From: an uncultured Candidatus Rokubacteria bacterium
GTDB taxonomy: Bacteria; Methylomirabilota; Methylomirabilia; Rokubacteriales; DASRDR01
NCBI GenBank assembly: GCA_963826115.1
Contig: CAWGVS010000005.1
Location: forward strand, 1,216,001-1,280,000
Reading direction: 5' to 3'
DNA length: 64,000 nucleotides
Position numbers and translations under genes: made by a program. This document shows, one piece after another, positions 37,521 to 47,280 of this stretch (position 1 is the stretch's first letter; every line of letters begins with the position of its first letter). Below the pieces are notes generated by a model, which was not told where the DNA came from, searched no databases, and saw nothing but the letters and a program-made list of their open reading frames with translations.

Positions 37521-39053
37521 ATGACCCGAGCCCGCGATCTCAGCCGCCGCCGCTTCCTCGAGGGTCTTGCCGCCGGCACCGTCGTCGGCACCGGCTTCCT
37601 CGCCGCCGCGCGCCGCGCGGCCGCCAAGAAGCGCGGCGGCACGCTGACCGTCGGCATGCCGAACGACTGGAACACCTTCGACCCGCACAACCTCGCCTTC
37701 GCCAACTTCACGCTCCAGCAGAACCTCTACGACACGCTCACCCGCTACGACCAGACCCTGAAGCCTCTGCCCGGCCTCGCCGAGCGCTGGACGGTGGCCC
37801 CCGACGGCCAGTCGGTCACCCTGACCCTCCGCAAGGGCGTGAAGTTCCACAGCGGAAAGGACATGGTGGCCGCCGACGTCGTGAAGAACTTCGAGAAGGC
37901 GGCCGACAAGGACCGCGGGATCAACATGTACCCCGCGGTGACCAACGTGGCCGAGGTCACGGCGCCCGACGCCGGGACCGTCCTCGTCAAGTTCAAGAAG
38001 GTCTCGCCCGAGGTGTTCGACCTCCTCCAGGCCATGGCGATCATCGAGCCGTCCGCCATGGACTCGCTGAAGAACCGCGGGAGCGGCACCGGGCCCTTCA
38101 AGTTCGTCGAGTGGGTGCCGGGCGATCACACGACCCTCGAGCGCCACACGGCCTACTGGGGCCAGGGCGCGCCGTGGGCGGACCGCGTGATCTTCAAGGT
38201 CTTCGGCGACTCGGACGCGATGGTGGCGGCGCTCCAGTCCGGGATCTGCGACCTGATCATCGCGGTCCCGCCCAAGGACACCGCCCGCCTGGCCAAGGAG
38301 TTCTCGATGGTCCGGGGCACCCCGGGCGCCCTCACCTACGAGGTCCGCATCAACGGCGCCAAGCCGCCCTTCGACAAGAAGGAGGCGCGCCAGGCGCTTC
38401 ACTACGCCATCGACCGCCAGGGCATCGTGAACAACGTGCTGTTCGGCGTGAGCGAGCCGACGGTGCTCCCGTTCAGCCGGAACTCGCCGGCGTTCGACCG
38501 CTCGACCCTGGCCAAGTACCCCTTCGACCTCAAGCGCGCGAAGGAGATGCTCGAGAAGGCCGGCGTGGTCAACGGCAAGGCGGAGTGCCTGACCCTGCCG
38601 CAGTTCCCCGAGCTGCCCGCGATCTCCCAGGTGCTCAAGGCGGACCTGGCGAAGATCGGCTTCACGCTCGACATCGTCGTCCTGGACTCGACGCTCTACT
38701 ACAAGCGGATGCTGGGCGGTGACTTCCAGGTCTGCCCGTCCTTCTCGGGGAACACCCAGAAGTACCCGACGCGGGTCGCGCTCAACAGCATCTACCGCCC
38801 GGCCAACAACCCCGTGTGGGGCAACGAGGTGCCGAGGGCGTACCTCGACGCTCTGAACGAGGCCAACGGCACCACCGACCCCGCCAAGCAGAAGGCGGCC
38901 TTCGCGAAGCTGAACACCGCGATCCTCGACGAGGCGTGGGTGCTCTCGATCGCCTACCGGCAGAGCGTGTTCGGGCTGGCCAAGCACGTCGACGGATTCG
39001 CGTACACCGTCGACGACATGGCCGTCCTCGAGAACGTGAGCGTGGAGAAGTAG
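37521..39053 (+). CDS. ABC substrate-binding protein family 5, Tat-exported
   Basis: SRRRFL twin-arginine signal, GGTL, GVKFHSG, GTGPFKF, RQALHYAIDR. Confidence 0.93.
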   Translation: MTRARDLSRRRFLEGLAAGTVVGTGFLAAARRAAAKKRGGTLTVGMPNDWNTFDPHNLAFANFTLQQNLYDTLTRYDQTLKPLPGLAERWTVAPDGQSVTLTLRKGVKFHSGKDMVAADVVKNFEKAADKDRGINMYPAVTNVAEVTAPDAGTVLVKFKKVSPEVFDLLQAMAIIEPSAMDSLKNRGSGTGPFKFVEWVPGDHTTLERHTAYWGQGAPWADRVIFKVFGDSDAMVAALQSGICDLIIAVPPKDTARLAKEFSMVRGTPGALTYEVRINGAKPPFDKKEARQALHYAIDRQGIVNNVLFGVSEPTVLPFSRNSPAFDRSTLAKYPFDLKRAKEMLEKAGVVNGKAECLTLPQFPELPAISQVLKADLAKIGFTLDIVVLDSTLYYKRMLGGDFQVCPSFSGNTQKYPTRVALNSIYRPANNPVWGNEVPRAYLDALNEANGTTDPAKQKAAFAKLNTAILDEAWVLSIAYRQSVFGLAKHVDGFAYTVDDMAVLENVSVEK

Positions 39054-39103
39054 GAGCGCCGGTGCCCCTGGTCAGCACCACGCGATCCGGATCGGCGGCG
39101 TAG

Positions 39104-40652
39104 ATGTCCACCGCGTCGCCGGTCCGGATCGCGATCGGGCAGTTCATGGAGGAGTCGAACACCTTCGTCCGCCAGCGGGCGGACCTCGAGCACTTCCGCG
39201 CCACCCAGCTCCTCTACGGCGAGGAGGTCGTCGCGCGCCTCCGCGGCACCCGGGCGGAGGTCGGCGGATTCCTCGACGTGCTCGGCCCCGCCGGCGTCGA
39301 CGTGATCCCGACGGTCGCGGCGAACGCGGTGTCGTCGGGTCCCGTGACCCGGGCGACGTTCGACCACGTGCGGGACGCCCTCCTCGAGCGGCTCGCCGCG
39401 GCGGGGCGGGTCGACGGCGTCCTCCTCGCGCTCCACGGCGCGATGGTCCTCGAGGACGCGCCGGACGGAGAGGGCGAGCTCCTCGCCGCGGTGCGGAAGG
39501 CGGTAGGTCCCGCCGTTCCCGTCGTGGCGACGCTCGACCTCCACGCCACGATCACGGCCCGCATGGTGCAGGAGGCCGACGCCCTCGTCGGCTACGACAC
39601 CTACCCGCACATCGACCTCTACGAGACCGGCGCGAAGGCGGCGGCGCTCATCCTGCGGGCCATCCGCCGCGAGGTGCGCCCGGTCACCCTGTTCGCGCGC
39701 GCCCCGATGCTGGTGCCGGCCGAGGGCCAGGGCACCGAGGACCAGCCGATGGCCGGCCTGATGGCCGAGGCCAAGCGCCTCCAGGCGCGGCCCGGCGTCC
39801 TCGCCGTCTCCCTGTTCCCCGTCCAGCCCTGGCTCGACATCCCCGCCACCGGCTTCTCGGTCATGGCGGTCGCCGACGGGCTCCGCCGCGCCGCCGAGAT
39901 CGAGCCGATGATCCGCCAGCTCGCCTGGCAGGCCTGGGAGCGACGCAAGGCGTTCGCGGCCGACCTCCTGACGGTGGACGAGGCCATCAGCCGGGCGCTC
40001 GCGGGCGACGGCCGCCCTTACGTCCTCTCCGAGTCGGCGGACAGCACGGGGTCCGGCTCGCCCGGCGACAGCGCGCACGTGCTCGAGCGCCTCCTTGCCC
40101 TCGGAGTCCGCGAGCGGTGCCTCGTCACGGTCGTGGACGCGCCCGCCGTGGCGCGCGCGATCGCCGCCGGAGTCGGCGCCGACGTGACGACCACCGTCGG
40201 CGGCACGCTCGACCCTCGGTACAACCGGGCGGTACCGCTCACGGGGCGGGTCCGCATCCTCTCCGACGGCCGCTTCATCTCGTCGGACAAGAAGACGCTC
40301 GGTGTCGAGTTCCAGATGGGGCGCGCGGCGGTGATCGAGGTCGGGCCGGATCGCCGTCCTGGCCACCGAGCGCCCGGCGTTCACCTTCGACCCCGCGCTC
40401 TACCGCTCGGTCGGCCTCGAGCCGCGGGACGCGAAGATCGTGGTGGTCAAGTCGCCGCTCCAGTTCCGGGACGGGTACGGTCCGTTCGCCCGCGCCTGCT
40501 GGGTCGTGGACACGCCGGGTCCCAGCACCGCGCGGGTCGAGCGCCTCGAGTGGCGCCATCGCGCGCGGCCCCTCTACCCCTTCGACGACGACTTCGAGCC
40601 CGAGATCCCCGCCGTCATCGGGCCGGGCCGCGGCGCCGCGGACCGCACGTGA
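39104..40652 (+). CDS. M81 family metallopeptidase (MlrC-like), +1 frameshift at ~40345
   Basis: EESNTF, LHGAM, DLHA, YPHID, ADSTGSGSPGD; removing one G at 40343-45 restores ..GRIAV..IVVVKS..TPG C-terminal domain. Confidence 0.88.
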
Positions 40653-41008
40653 GCGGCCCGCGCCAACCGACGGCCATCTTCCGGTGGAGCGGCACTTTCT
40701 GGGGCTTTCTCGAGCACGATCGCCTGTACGACCGCTATGGCCGGCAGGCTGGCTGGACCGAGCCGAGCCCGGGGCGAATGCCCGACGTCTTCGACCTCTC
40801 CGGGCGCTTCCTCGGCGAGCTCTTCGACCGGCACTACGTGATGCGCCACACGCTGCGCGAGGAGCCCGTCCACCGCACCCCCCGCGTGGCAACGACCCAT
40901 CCCGCGCCGGTCGACCCGGTGCCGGCCCGCGACCCGCGGACGCCGCTCGACGACTGGAGCGACGCCCTGCCCTGGCCGCTCTCGCCGCCGGACCCGCCGG
41001 CGCGCTGA
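40649..41008 (+). CDS. small hypothetical protein with beta-hairpin repeats (4-fold beta-flower-like) and Pro-rich tail
   Basis: repeats IFRWSGTFWGF / LYDRYGRQAGW / VFDLSGRFLGE; GTG overlaps upstream stop. Confidence 0.65.
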   Translation: MSGPRQPTAIFRWSGTFWGFLEHDRLYDRYGRQAGWTEPSPGRMPDVFDLSGRFLGELFDRHYVMRHTLREEPVHRTPRVATTHPAPVDPVPARDPRTPLDDWSDALPWPLSPPDPPAR

Positions 41009-41031
41009 GCAGACCGATCGGCACGGCCGTC

Positions 41032-41720
41032 GTGGGTCACGCTCAGATCCGGCGGTCGCGCGGCGGCCGGTCCCCACGTCGTGGGACCGGCGCGTGGACC
41101 GTCTCCGCCGTCGTCGCCACGTGTCTCTTCGGATCGGGCGTCGCGTGGCCCGCGACGTTCCGGGTCGACCAGGCGCGGACGCGCCTCGCGGTCCACGTCT
41201 TCCGGGACGGCTTCGGCAGCCGGCTCGCCCATGACCACGTCGTCGAGGCCGCCGAGGTGACGGGACGCGTCGACTATGACCCCGCGCGCCCCGAGGCCAG
41301 CGCGATCGTGATCGAGGCCCAGACCGCCACGCTCCGGGTCGACGAGCCCGCCTCGCGCCGCCGCCTGGGCGTGGAGGGCGACCTCTCCGACAGCCAGCGC
41401 GCCGACGTGGCCAAGGCCATGCGCGCGCCCGATCAGCTCGACGTCGAGCGGCACCCGACGATCCGCTTCGCGTCGACCCGAGTCGTCGGCGATGGCGAGG
41501 GCCAGCTTCGGGTGACCGGGCAGCTCACCCTCCGGGGCGTGACGCGGGAGCTCACCTTCCCGGCGACGGTGGCGCTCGAATCCGGCGGGGTCCGCGCCCG
41601 CGCGACCCTGACCTTCCTCCAGTCCGCTTTCGGGTACCGCCCCTACAGCGCGCTCCTCGGCGCGATCCGGAACAAGGACGAGGTCACGCTCCACGTGGAC
41701 TCTGCGCGGCGACGCCGTGA
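41032..41720 (+). CDS. YceI family protein, exported; apparent indel near 41700
   Basis: signal peptide, AHDH, LDVERHPTIRFAS, VTGQLTLRGVT, QSAFG; expected stop TGA at 41718 is out of frame. Confidence 0.8.
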
Positions 41721-42169
41721 GCACGGACGGCGCCAGGGACCCCCGCGACGTGTCGGCGCCGAGGTCGCCGGACCAGTGGCGAGGTTTCGGCCAGGGCTAC
41801 CTCCCGGGGCTCATCGGCATCGAGTTCGTCGACGTGGCGCGCGGCCGAGTCACGAGCCGCCTGACGGTCCGTCAGGAGCTCCTTGCCCCCAACGGGTATC
41901 TCCACGCCGCCACCGTCATCGCGCTGGCCGACTCCTCGTGCGGGTACGGGACGATCGCGAGCCTGCCGGAGGGCGCCCGGGGCTTCACGACGATCGAGCT
42001 GAAGTCGAACTTCCTCGGTACCGTGCTCGAGGGCGGCGTCGCCTGCGAAGCGACGCTGGCTCACGGCGGGCGCACGACCCAGGTCTGGGACGCGCGCGTG
42101 ACCGCGGAAGCCACGGGCAAGGTGATCGCGCTCTTCCGCTGCACCCAGATCCTGCTCTACCCGCCCTGA
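41717..42169 (+). CDS. PaaI family thioesterase
   Basis: NGYLHAA, LADSSCG, TIELKSNFL, HGGRTTQVW. Confidence 0.9.
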   Translation: MSTDGARDPRDVSAPRSPDQWRGFGQGYLPGLIGIEFVDVARGRVTSRLTVRQELLAPNGYLHAATVIALADSSCGYGTIASLPEGARGFTTIELKSNFLGTVLEGGVACEATLAHGGRTTQVWDARVTAEATGKVIALFRCTQILLYPP

Positions 42170-42190
42170 CGATCCGGCGCGCCGCGCCCG

Positions 42191-43207
42191 TCAGGGCGCG
42201 ACCGGCGCGCCCGTCGACGCGGCCCGCTCGACGGCGAGCGCGATCCGGAGAGCCATCACGGCGTCGTGCGGCGTGACGGCGGGCGTCGCGCGTCCGCGCA
42301 CGCAGTCGACGAAGTGACGGAGCTCGAAGTAGAACATCCCCCCCGGATGGCCCTGCACCGACGGCGCGGAAGCGGTGTCGACCTGCACGGCCCGCTGGCC
42401 GTCCGCCCGGCGGAGCCCCGTCTCGAGAGTCGCGATCGAGAGCGACCCCGCACTCCCCACCAGATCGAGCCGGTGGTCGCCCGACGCGGGAAAGCCGCGC
42501 GGCAGGATCCAGTTGAGCTCCGCGATGCCGAGCGCCCCCGTCGAGAACCGGAGGAGCGCGCAGTTCGCGTCCTCGACCGCAAACCCCTGGTCCCGGAGCA
42601 GGCCCCACTTCGACTCCGCCGTGACTCGTTCCACCTCGCCCCCGACGAGCCACCGCATCACGTCGTAGTCGTGCACGCCGAGAAAGAGCGGGAGGGAGCA
42701 CCGCCCTCCGAGGCGATCCTGCGCGGCGACCGTGTTCGCGCGGCGCGTGTAGATCGTCTGGATCGCGCCCAGCTCGCCGCCCGCCGCCGCCTGGCGGGCC
42801 TGGTCGTACCGCGGGTCGAACCGGAGACAGTGCCCGACCAGCAGGACCGTGCCCGCTCGCGAAGCCGCCTCCACGATCGCCTCGGCGTCCGCGACGGTGG
42901 TGGCGATCGGCTTCTCGACCAGCACGGGCCGCCCGGCGCGGAGAGCGAGCTCGCACGGCTCCCGGTGGAGACCGTCCGGCGTGCACACGCTGACGGCGTC
43001 CACGTCGTCGCGCCCGAGGAGGGCGCGGTAGTCGGAATAGGCGGTCGCGCCGGTCCGAGCCGCGAGCTCCTGCGCGGCCGCCTCCCGCACGTCGCAGACC
43101 GCGACCAGCTCGACGTCGGGCAGACCCGCGTAGATCCGCGCGTGCCGCTCGCCCATGAAGCCCGCCCCGATGACCGCGACCCTGATCGGTTGCACGCGGA
43201 CGATCAT
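42191..43207 (-). CDS. Gfo/Idh/MocA family oxidoreductase
   Basis: GAGFMG, VCTPDGLH, VEKP, GVHDYD. Confidence 0.92.
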   Translation of the reverse strand: MIVRVQPIRVAVIGAGFMGERHARIYAGLPDVELVAVCDVREAAAQELAARTGATAYSDYRALLGRDDVDAVSVCTPDGLHREPCELALRAGRPVLVEKPIATTVADAEAIVEAASRAGTVLLVGHCLRFDPRYDQARQAAAGGELGAIQTIYTRRANTVAAQDRLGGRCSLPLFLGVHDYDVMRWLVGGEVERVTAESKWGLLRDQGFAVEDANCALLRFSTGALGIAELNWILPRGFPASGDHRLDLVGSAGSLSIATLETGLRRADGQRAVQVDTASAPSVQGHPGGMFYFELRHFVDCVRGRATPAVTPHDAVMALRIALAVERAASTGAPVAP

Positions 43208-43263
43208 CGCACGGGGGGTCCGTCTTCCGCGCGTCCCCGCCCCGTGCTTGAATGGTCGGCGCC

Positions 43264-44052
43264 ATGCGAGTCCAGACCCTCTTCGATCTGAGCGGCCGCG
43301 CCGCGATCGTGACCGGCGGCGGGACACACCTCGGTCGCGCGATGGCGGAGACCCTCGGCGAGCTCGGCGCCGCGGTGTACCTCGCAAGCCGGGACGCCGC
43401 GCGATGCGAGCAGGCGGCCGCCGAGCTCCGGGCCGCGGGCCTCGACGCCACCGGCCTCGGGTGCGACGTGACGGTCGAGGCGGACGTCGACCGGCTCGTC
43501 GCGCGCGTCCTCCGCGACCGCGGCCGGCTCGACGTCATGGTGTGCAACGCCGGCGGCGCCTACACCACCACGTACCTCCCGGACGCCTCGATCGACGAGC
43601 TCCGGCGGACGCTGGACCTGAACGTGATCGGCACCTACGTCTCGGCCCAGGCGGCCGCGCGAGCGATGATCCCGCGACGCGCCGGCCGCATCATCACGCT
43701 GGGGTCGATCCACGGGACCCTCGGCGCGGACAAGCGCCTCTATGCCGGTCTCGACTACAACCGGTCGGGGCCTCCGTACCAGGCCGCCAAGGGCGCCGTG
43801 GTCAACCTCACGCGCGCCCTCGCGACCGAGCTCGCGGAGCACGGGATCACCGTCAACTGCCTGTCCCCCGGCCAGATCCCACCGCCCGGCACGGACCCCG
43901 AGTTCGTCGAGCGCTGTCGCCTGTCGAATCCCCTGGCCCGGACAGGCGTCCCGACGGACCTCAAGGGCGCGGTGGCCCTCCTGGCCTCCGACGCGGGCGC
44001 GTGGATGACCGGCCACAACCTCGTGGTCGACGGCGGCTGGAGCGTCTGGTAG
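43264..44052 (+). CDS. SDR family oxidoreductase
   Basis: TGGGTHLG, CNAG, YQAAK, VNCLSPG, VDGGW. Confidence 0.9.
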   Translation: MRVQTLFDLSGRAAIVTGGGTHLGRAMAETLGELGAAVYLASRDAARCEQAAAELRAAGLDATGLGCDVTVEADVDRLVARVLRDRGRLDVMVCNAGGAYTTTYLPDASIDELRRTLDLNVIGTYVSAQAAARAMIPRRAGRIITLGSIHGTLGADKRLYAGLDYNRSGPPYQAAKGAVVNLTRALATELAEHGITVNCLSPGQIPPPGTDPEFVERCRLSNPLARTGVPTDLKGAVALLASDAGAWMTGHNLVVDGGWSVW

Positions 44053-44062
44053 GCTGGCCGCC

Positions 44063-45238
44063 GTGCCCACGACCGGCCGCCCCGCGCCCTCCGACGCCGC
44101 CGCCCTCCGCCACGCGCGGCAGCTGCTGAAGCGGCACCCCGTCATCGACGGGCACAACGACCTTCCTTGGGCGATCCGGAACGACGCGAAGGCCAAGGGC
44201 GACGTGGCCGCCTACGATCTCCGGCGCCCGACCCGCGGGGACACGGACCTTGCCCGCCTGGTAGAGGGCGGCGTGGGCGGTCAGTTCTGGTCCGTCTACA
44301 TCCCTGGCGATCTCGCCGGCGGCCGGTTTGCAAAGGTCCAGCTCGAGCAGATCGACATCGCGCGCCGGGTGATCGCACGCTACCCGGAGCGGCTCCAGGC
44401 GGCCTTCTCGGCCGCCGACGTGGAGCGCGCCCGGAAGCGCGGCCGCGTCGCCTCGCTCCTCGGGATCGAGGGTGGCCACGCCATCGAGGGCTCGCTCGGC
44501 GCCCTCCGCGCCTACTACGACCTGGGCGTGCGCTACATGACGCTCACCCACAACGTGACGCTCGACTGGGCGGACTCCTGCAACGACGTCCGACGCCACG
44601 GGGGACTCACGGACTTCGGCCGCGAGGTCGTCCGCGAGATGAACCGGCTCGGCATGCTGGTCGACCTGGCCCACACCTCGCCCGAGGTCATGGGCCACGC
44701 GCTCGACGTGTCGGCGGCGCCGCTGATCTCGTCCCACTCGTCGTGCCGGGCGCTCACCGACGTCACGCGGAACTTCCCGGACGACGTCCTCCGGCGCCTG
44801 CCGAAGAACGGCGGCGTGATCATGATCACGTTCGTCGGCCCCTTCGTCTCCCAGGCGGCCGCCGACGCCCGGGCGAAGGCCGTCGCCGAGATCAAGCCGC
44901 GACTGGCGGAGATCGCCGATCCCGTGGAGCGCCACCGGCTCGAGCGCGCCCACCTCAAGGAGCGGAACATCCCGAAGGCGACGATCGGCGACGTGGCCGA
45001 CCACGTGGAGCACGCGCGCCGCCTGGCGGGCGTCGACCACGTCGGCGTCGGCGGCGACTACGACGGAAACGAGGAGTGGCCGGTCGGGATGGAGGACGTG
45101 TCCACCTACCCCGTCCTCGTCGCCGAGCTGATCCGCCGCGGCTGGTCCGACCGCGACCTCGCCAAGCTCTCCCGCGGGAACATTCTCCGCGTCATGCGCG
45201 AGGCCGAGGCCGTCGCCGCCCGGCTCCGTCGCCGGTAA
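44063..45238 (+). CDS. membrane dipeptidase (peptidase M19) family
   Basis: DGHND, QFWSVY, EGGH, TLTH, DLAH, SSHS, GGDYDG. Confidence 0.92.
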   Translation: MPTTGRPAPSDAAALRHARQLLKRHPVIDGHNDLPWAIRNDAKAKGDVAAYDLRRPTRGDTDLARLVEGGVGGQFWSVYIPGDLAGGRFAKVQLEQIDIARRVIARYPERLQAAFSAADVERARKRGRVASLLGIEGGHAIEGSLGALRAYYDLGVRYMTLTHNVTLDWADSCNDVRRHGGLTDFGREVVREMNRLGMLVDLAHTSPEVMGHALDVSAAPLISSHSSCRALTDVTRNFPDDVLRRLPKNGGVIMITFVGPFVSQAAADARAKAVAEIKPRLAEIADPVERHRLERAHLKERNIPKATIGDVADHVEHARRLAGVDHVGVGGDYDGNEEWPVGMEDVSTYPVLVAELIRRGWSDRDLAKLSRGNILRVMREAEAVAARLRRR

Positions 45239-45306
45239 CCCGCGCAGGCCGTTCGAAGCCATCCCGTCTTGGTGGCCCAAAGGACGGCACTGGGCGCCGG
45301 GCACAT

Positions 45307-45540
45307 GTGCCGCCATTGGTACTCGTGGTCCAGCACGTCCACGCCTTCCGCGACGGCACGGAGGCGGTGAAGTTCAGCGGTGTCTATTCCCCGAAGCGCA
45401 CGGCGAGCCTCGCAATTCGAAGGTTTCGCCGTCGGCCCGGCTTTCGACGAACTCCACGTTGCCTTGACGTGGATCGGTACGAGATCGACAACGATCACTG
45501 GACGGAAGGCTACGCTACCTCTTGGCCCCGTCGCCGATAA
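45307..45540 (+). CDS. small hypothetical protein (DUF7336-like), possibly degenerate
   Basis: QHVH..DG.E.VK..GVYS..A..AI.R....PGF....D.YEID.DHWTEGY pattern recalled for a small conserved family; atypical codon usage. Confidence 0.5.
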   Translation: MPPLVLVVQHVHAFRDGTEAVKFSGVYSPKRTASLAIRRFRRRPGFRRTPRCLDVDRYEIDNDHWTEGYATSWPRRR

Positions 45541-45615
45541 CTCTGCTGCTGGAGCCTTCGGTTCTCCGGCCGGCTTCCCGCGGCAACGCGATGGGGATGG
45601 ACGGGCTGTCGAACG

Positions 45616-45903
45616 CTACGGTGCCCAGGCGAGCCGAGCCGCGACAGCACCATAGACATCTCGCCGATGGAGGATCGTCAGAATCCAGACCTCCTGGGCG
45701 GCAACCTTGAAGACGACCCGGTAGTCCCCTACGCGGAGCTTCCAGTAGCCTTTCAGTGTTCCTCGGAGCGGCACCCCGTACCGCGTCGGCTCGGTGGTGA
45801 GTCGTCCGTCAATGGATCGGGCTATACGACTGTGAAGGTTGGCCGGGATCTCGGGTAGGTCGTCCTCAGCCACCCTTGGATGGTAGCGAAGGAGATACGG
45901 CAC
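45616..45903 (-). CDS. type II toxin, RelE/ParE family
   Basis: 95 aa; PLRGTLKGYWKLRVGDYRVVF, HRRDVY. Confidence 0.9.
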   Translation of the reverse strand: MPYLLRYHPRVAEDDLPEIPANLHSRIARSIDGRLTTEPTRYGVPLRGTLKGYWKLRVGDYRVVFKVAAQEVWILTILHRRDVYGAVAARLAWAP

Positions 45904-46155
45904 TCAGCGTCTCTTGGGGCGCTCCGAGACTCGCCAGATCTGCTCGTGCGACAGACTTCTGGAGCGATCGAACGTCCGCTCGCGCTCTTGGGCCACCTTG
46001 TCCAGCACGAGATCCTCGTGAGCTTCCAGAGCTTCACGGAGAAGATCTCGAACCTTGAGAGACAGGGAGGTGCCCTCCCGTCGTGCCAGTCGGCCGAGCG
46101 CCTCGTAGAGAGGGCGCTCGAGCACGACGTTCACCCGAGGATTCTTCGCCGGCAT
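45904..46155 (-). CDS. antitoxin, ribbon-helix-helix type
   Basis: MPAKNPRVNVVLE beta strand plus two helices, C-terminal LSHEQIW; directly upstream of the toxin. Confidence 0.85.
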   Translation of the reverse strand: MPAKNPRVNVVLERPLYEALGRLARREGTSLSLKVRDLLREALEAHEDLVLDKVAQERERTFDRSRSLSHEQIWRVSERPKRR

Positions 46156-46161
46156 GACGGG

Positions 46162-46182
46162 AGTGTACCACAAGTGTCACAC
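46162..46182 (-). promoter_or_regulatory. TA promoter/operator: extended -10 TGGTACACT overlapped by an imperfect palindrome
   Basis: GTGTACCAC-AA-GTGTCACAC; TACACT lies 6 nt before the antitoxin ATG. Confidence 0.65.
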
Positions 46183-46313
46183 CGATAGGCTCCAAGTCCG
46201 GCGAGCCTTCAAGACCCGCGCTTGTGTGAGAGCATGCAGCGTGGTCTAGTCAGACTCGCGCCGGCGACCAGCCACGCGAGATTCTCATCGTGAACCGGGG
46301 AGACACTGAGACG

Positions 46314-47277
46314 GTGCAGCGCATCACCAGAGAGCAGGCCCGGAAGTACGCGTTCGACTGGCGGGACGAGCCCTTGCTCCGGGTCAAGCCCGGCGAGACG
46401 TTCGAGATCGAGACCTACGACGCCAGCACCGGCTACTTCCGCACGCCCGAAGACCTCGCGATCCCCGCGAAGCGCCCCGGGTTCGACCGCGTCCCGGTCG
46501 CTGGCGAACCCCATCGGCGGCCCGGTCTGGGTCGAGGGCGCCGAGCGCGGCGACACGCTCGTCGTCACGATCGAGGACATCCTGGTCGACGACTACTCGT
46601 GGGTCGCGGTCGGGCCGCGCCGCGGGCCGCTGGGCGACTCGACGCGCTGGCCCGAGCTCTCGGCACGCTACACGACCAAGATCTTCCGCCACACGCCGGG
46701 GCCCAGCGGCACGACGCGCGACGGCACGCTCCACTTCAGCGAGCGCATCAGCTGGCCGATCACGCCGTTCATCGGCACGATCGGCGTGGCGCCGGACCGC
46801 GAGGTGACCACCAGCATCGACGGCCAGGGCGAGTGGGGCGGCAACCTCGACATCCGCGACGTCGCCCCCGGCAACCGCATCCACCTGCCGGTCTTCCACG
46901 AGGGCGCGCGCTTCTACCTGGGCGACGTGCACGCCAGCCAGGGCGACACCGAGTTCACCGGCACCGCCGCCGAGACCAAGTCCACCGTGCGCCTCCACTT
47001 CGACCTCGTGAAGGGCCGCGCGGTGCCCTGGATGCGGATCGACAAGCCGGCGTCGATCGTCTCGGTGTTCGCCTACCGCCCGCTCGAGGTCGCGGTGGAG
47101 ACGGCGACGATCAACCTGATGGACTGGCTCGTCACCGATTACGGCTTCACGCCCACCGACGCGTACTGCCTGGTCAGCACGTGCCCGGACTTCCGGATCA
47201 ACGTGTACCAGATGTGCCGCCTCCGTCAGCTGAGCTTCGTGGCCGGGGCCGAGCTGCCCAAGCGCTACCTGGCCTAG
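46314..47277 (+). CDS. acetamidase/formamidase family protein, +1 frameshift at ~46497
   Basis: VKPGETF..TYDA; removing one G gives NPIGGPVWVEGAERGD; PFIGTIGVAP, GGNLD, GDVHASQGD.E. Confidence 0.88.
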
Positions 47278-47280
47278 CCC

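Noticed and set aside
39104-40652. Microcystin degradation pathway
   Set aside because: M81 family is widespread, and mlrA, mlrB and mlrD were not seen
39104-42276. Apparent fusions (MlrC-like plus small protein; 719-aa ORF containing YceI)
   Set aside because: Explained by single-base indels and stop-poor high-GC frames
45239-46300. Prophage, IS element or defence island
   Set aside because: No recombinase, transposase, terminal repeats or further defence genes visible
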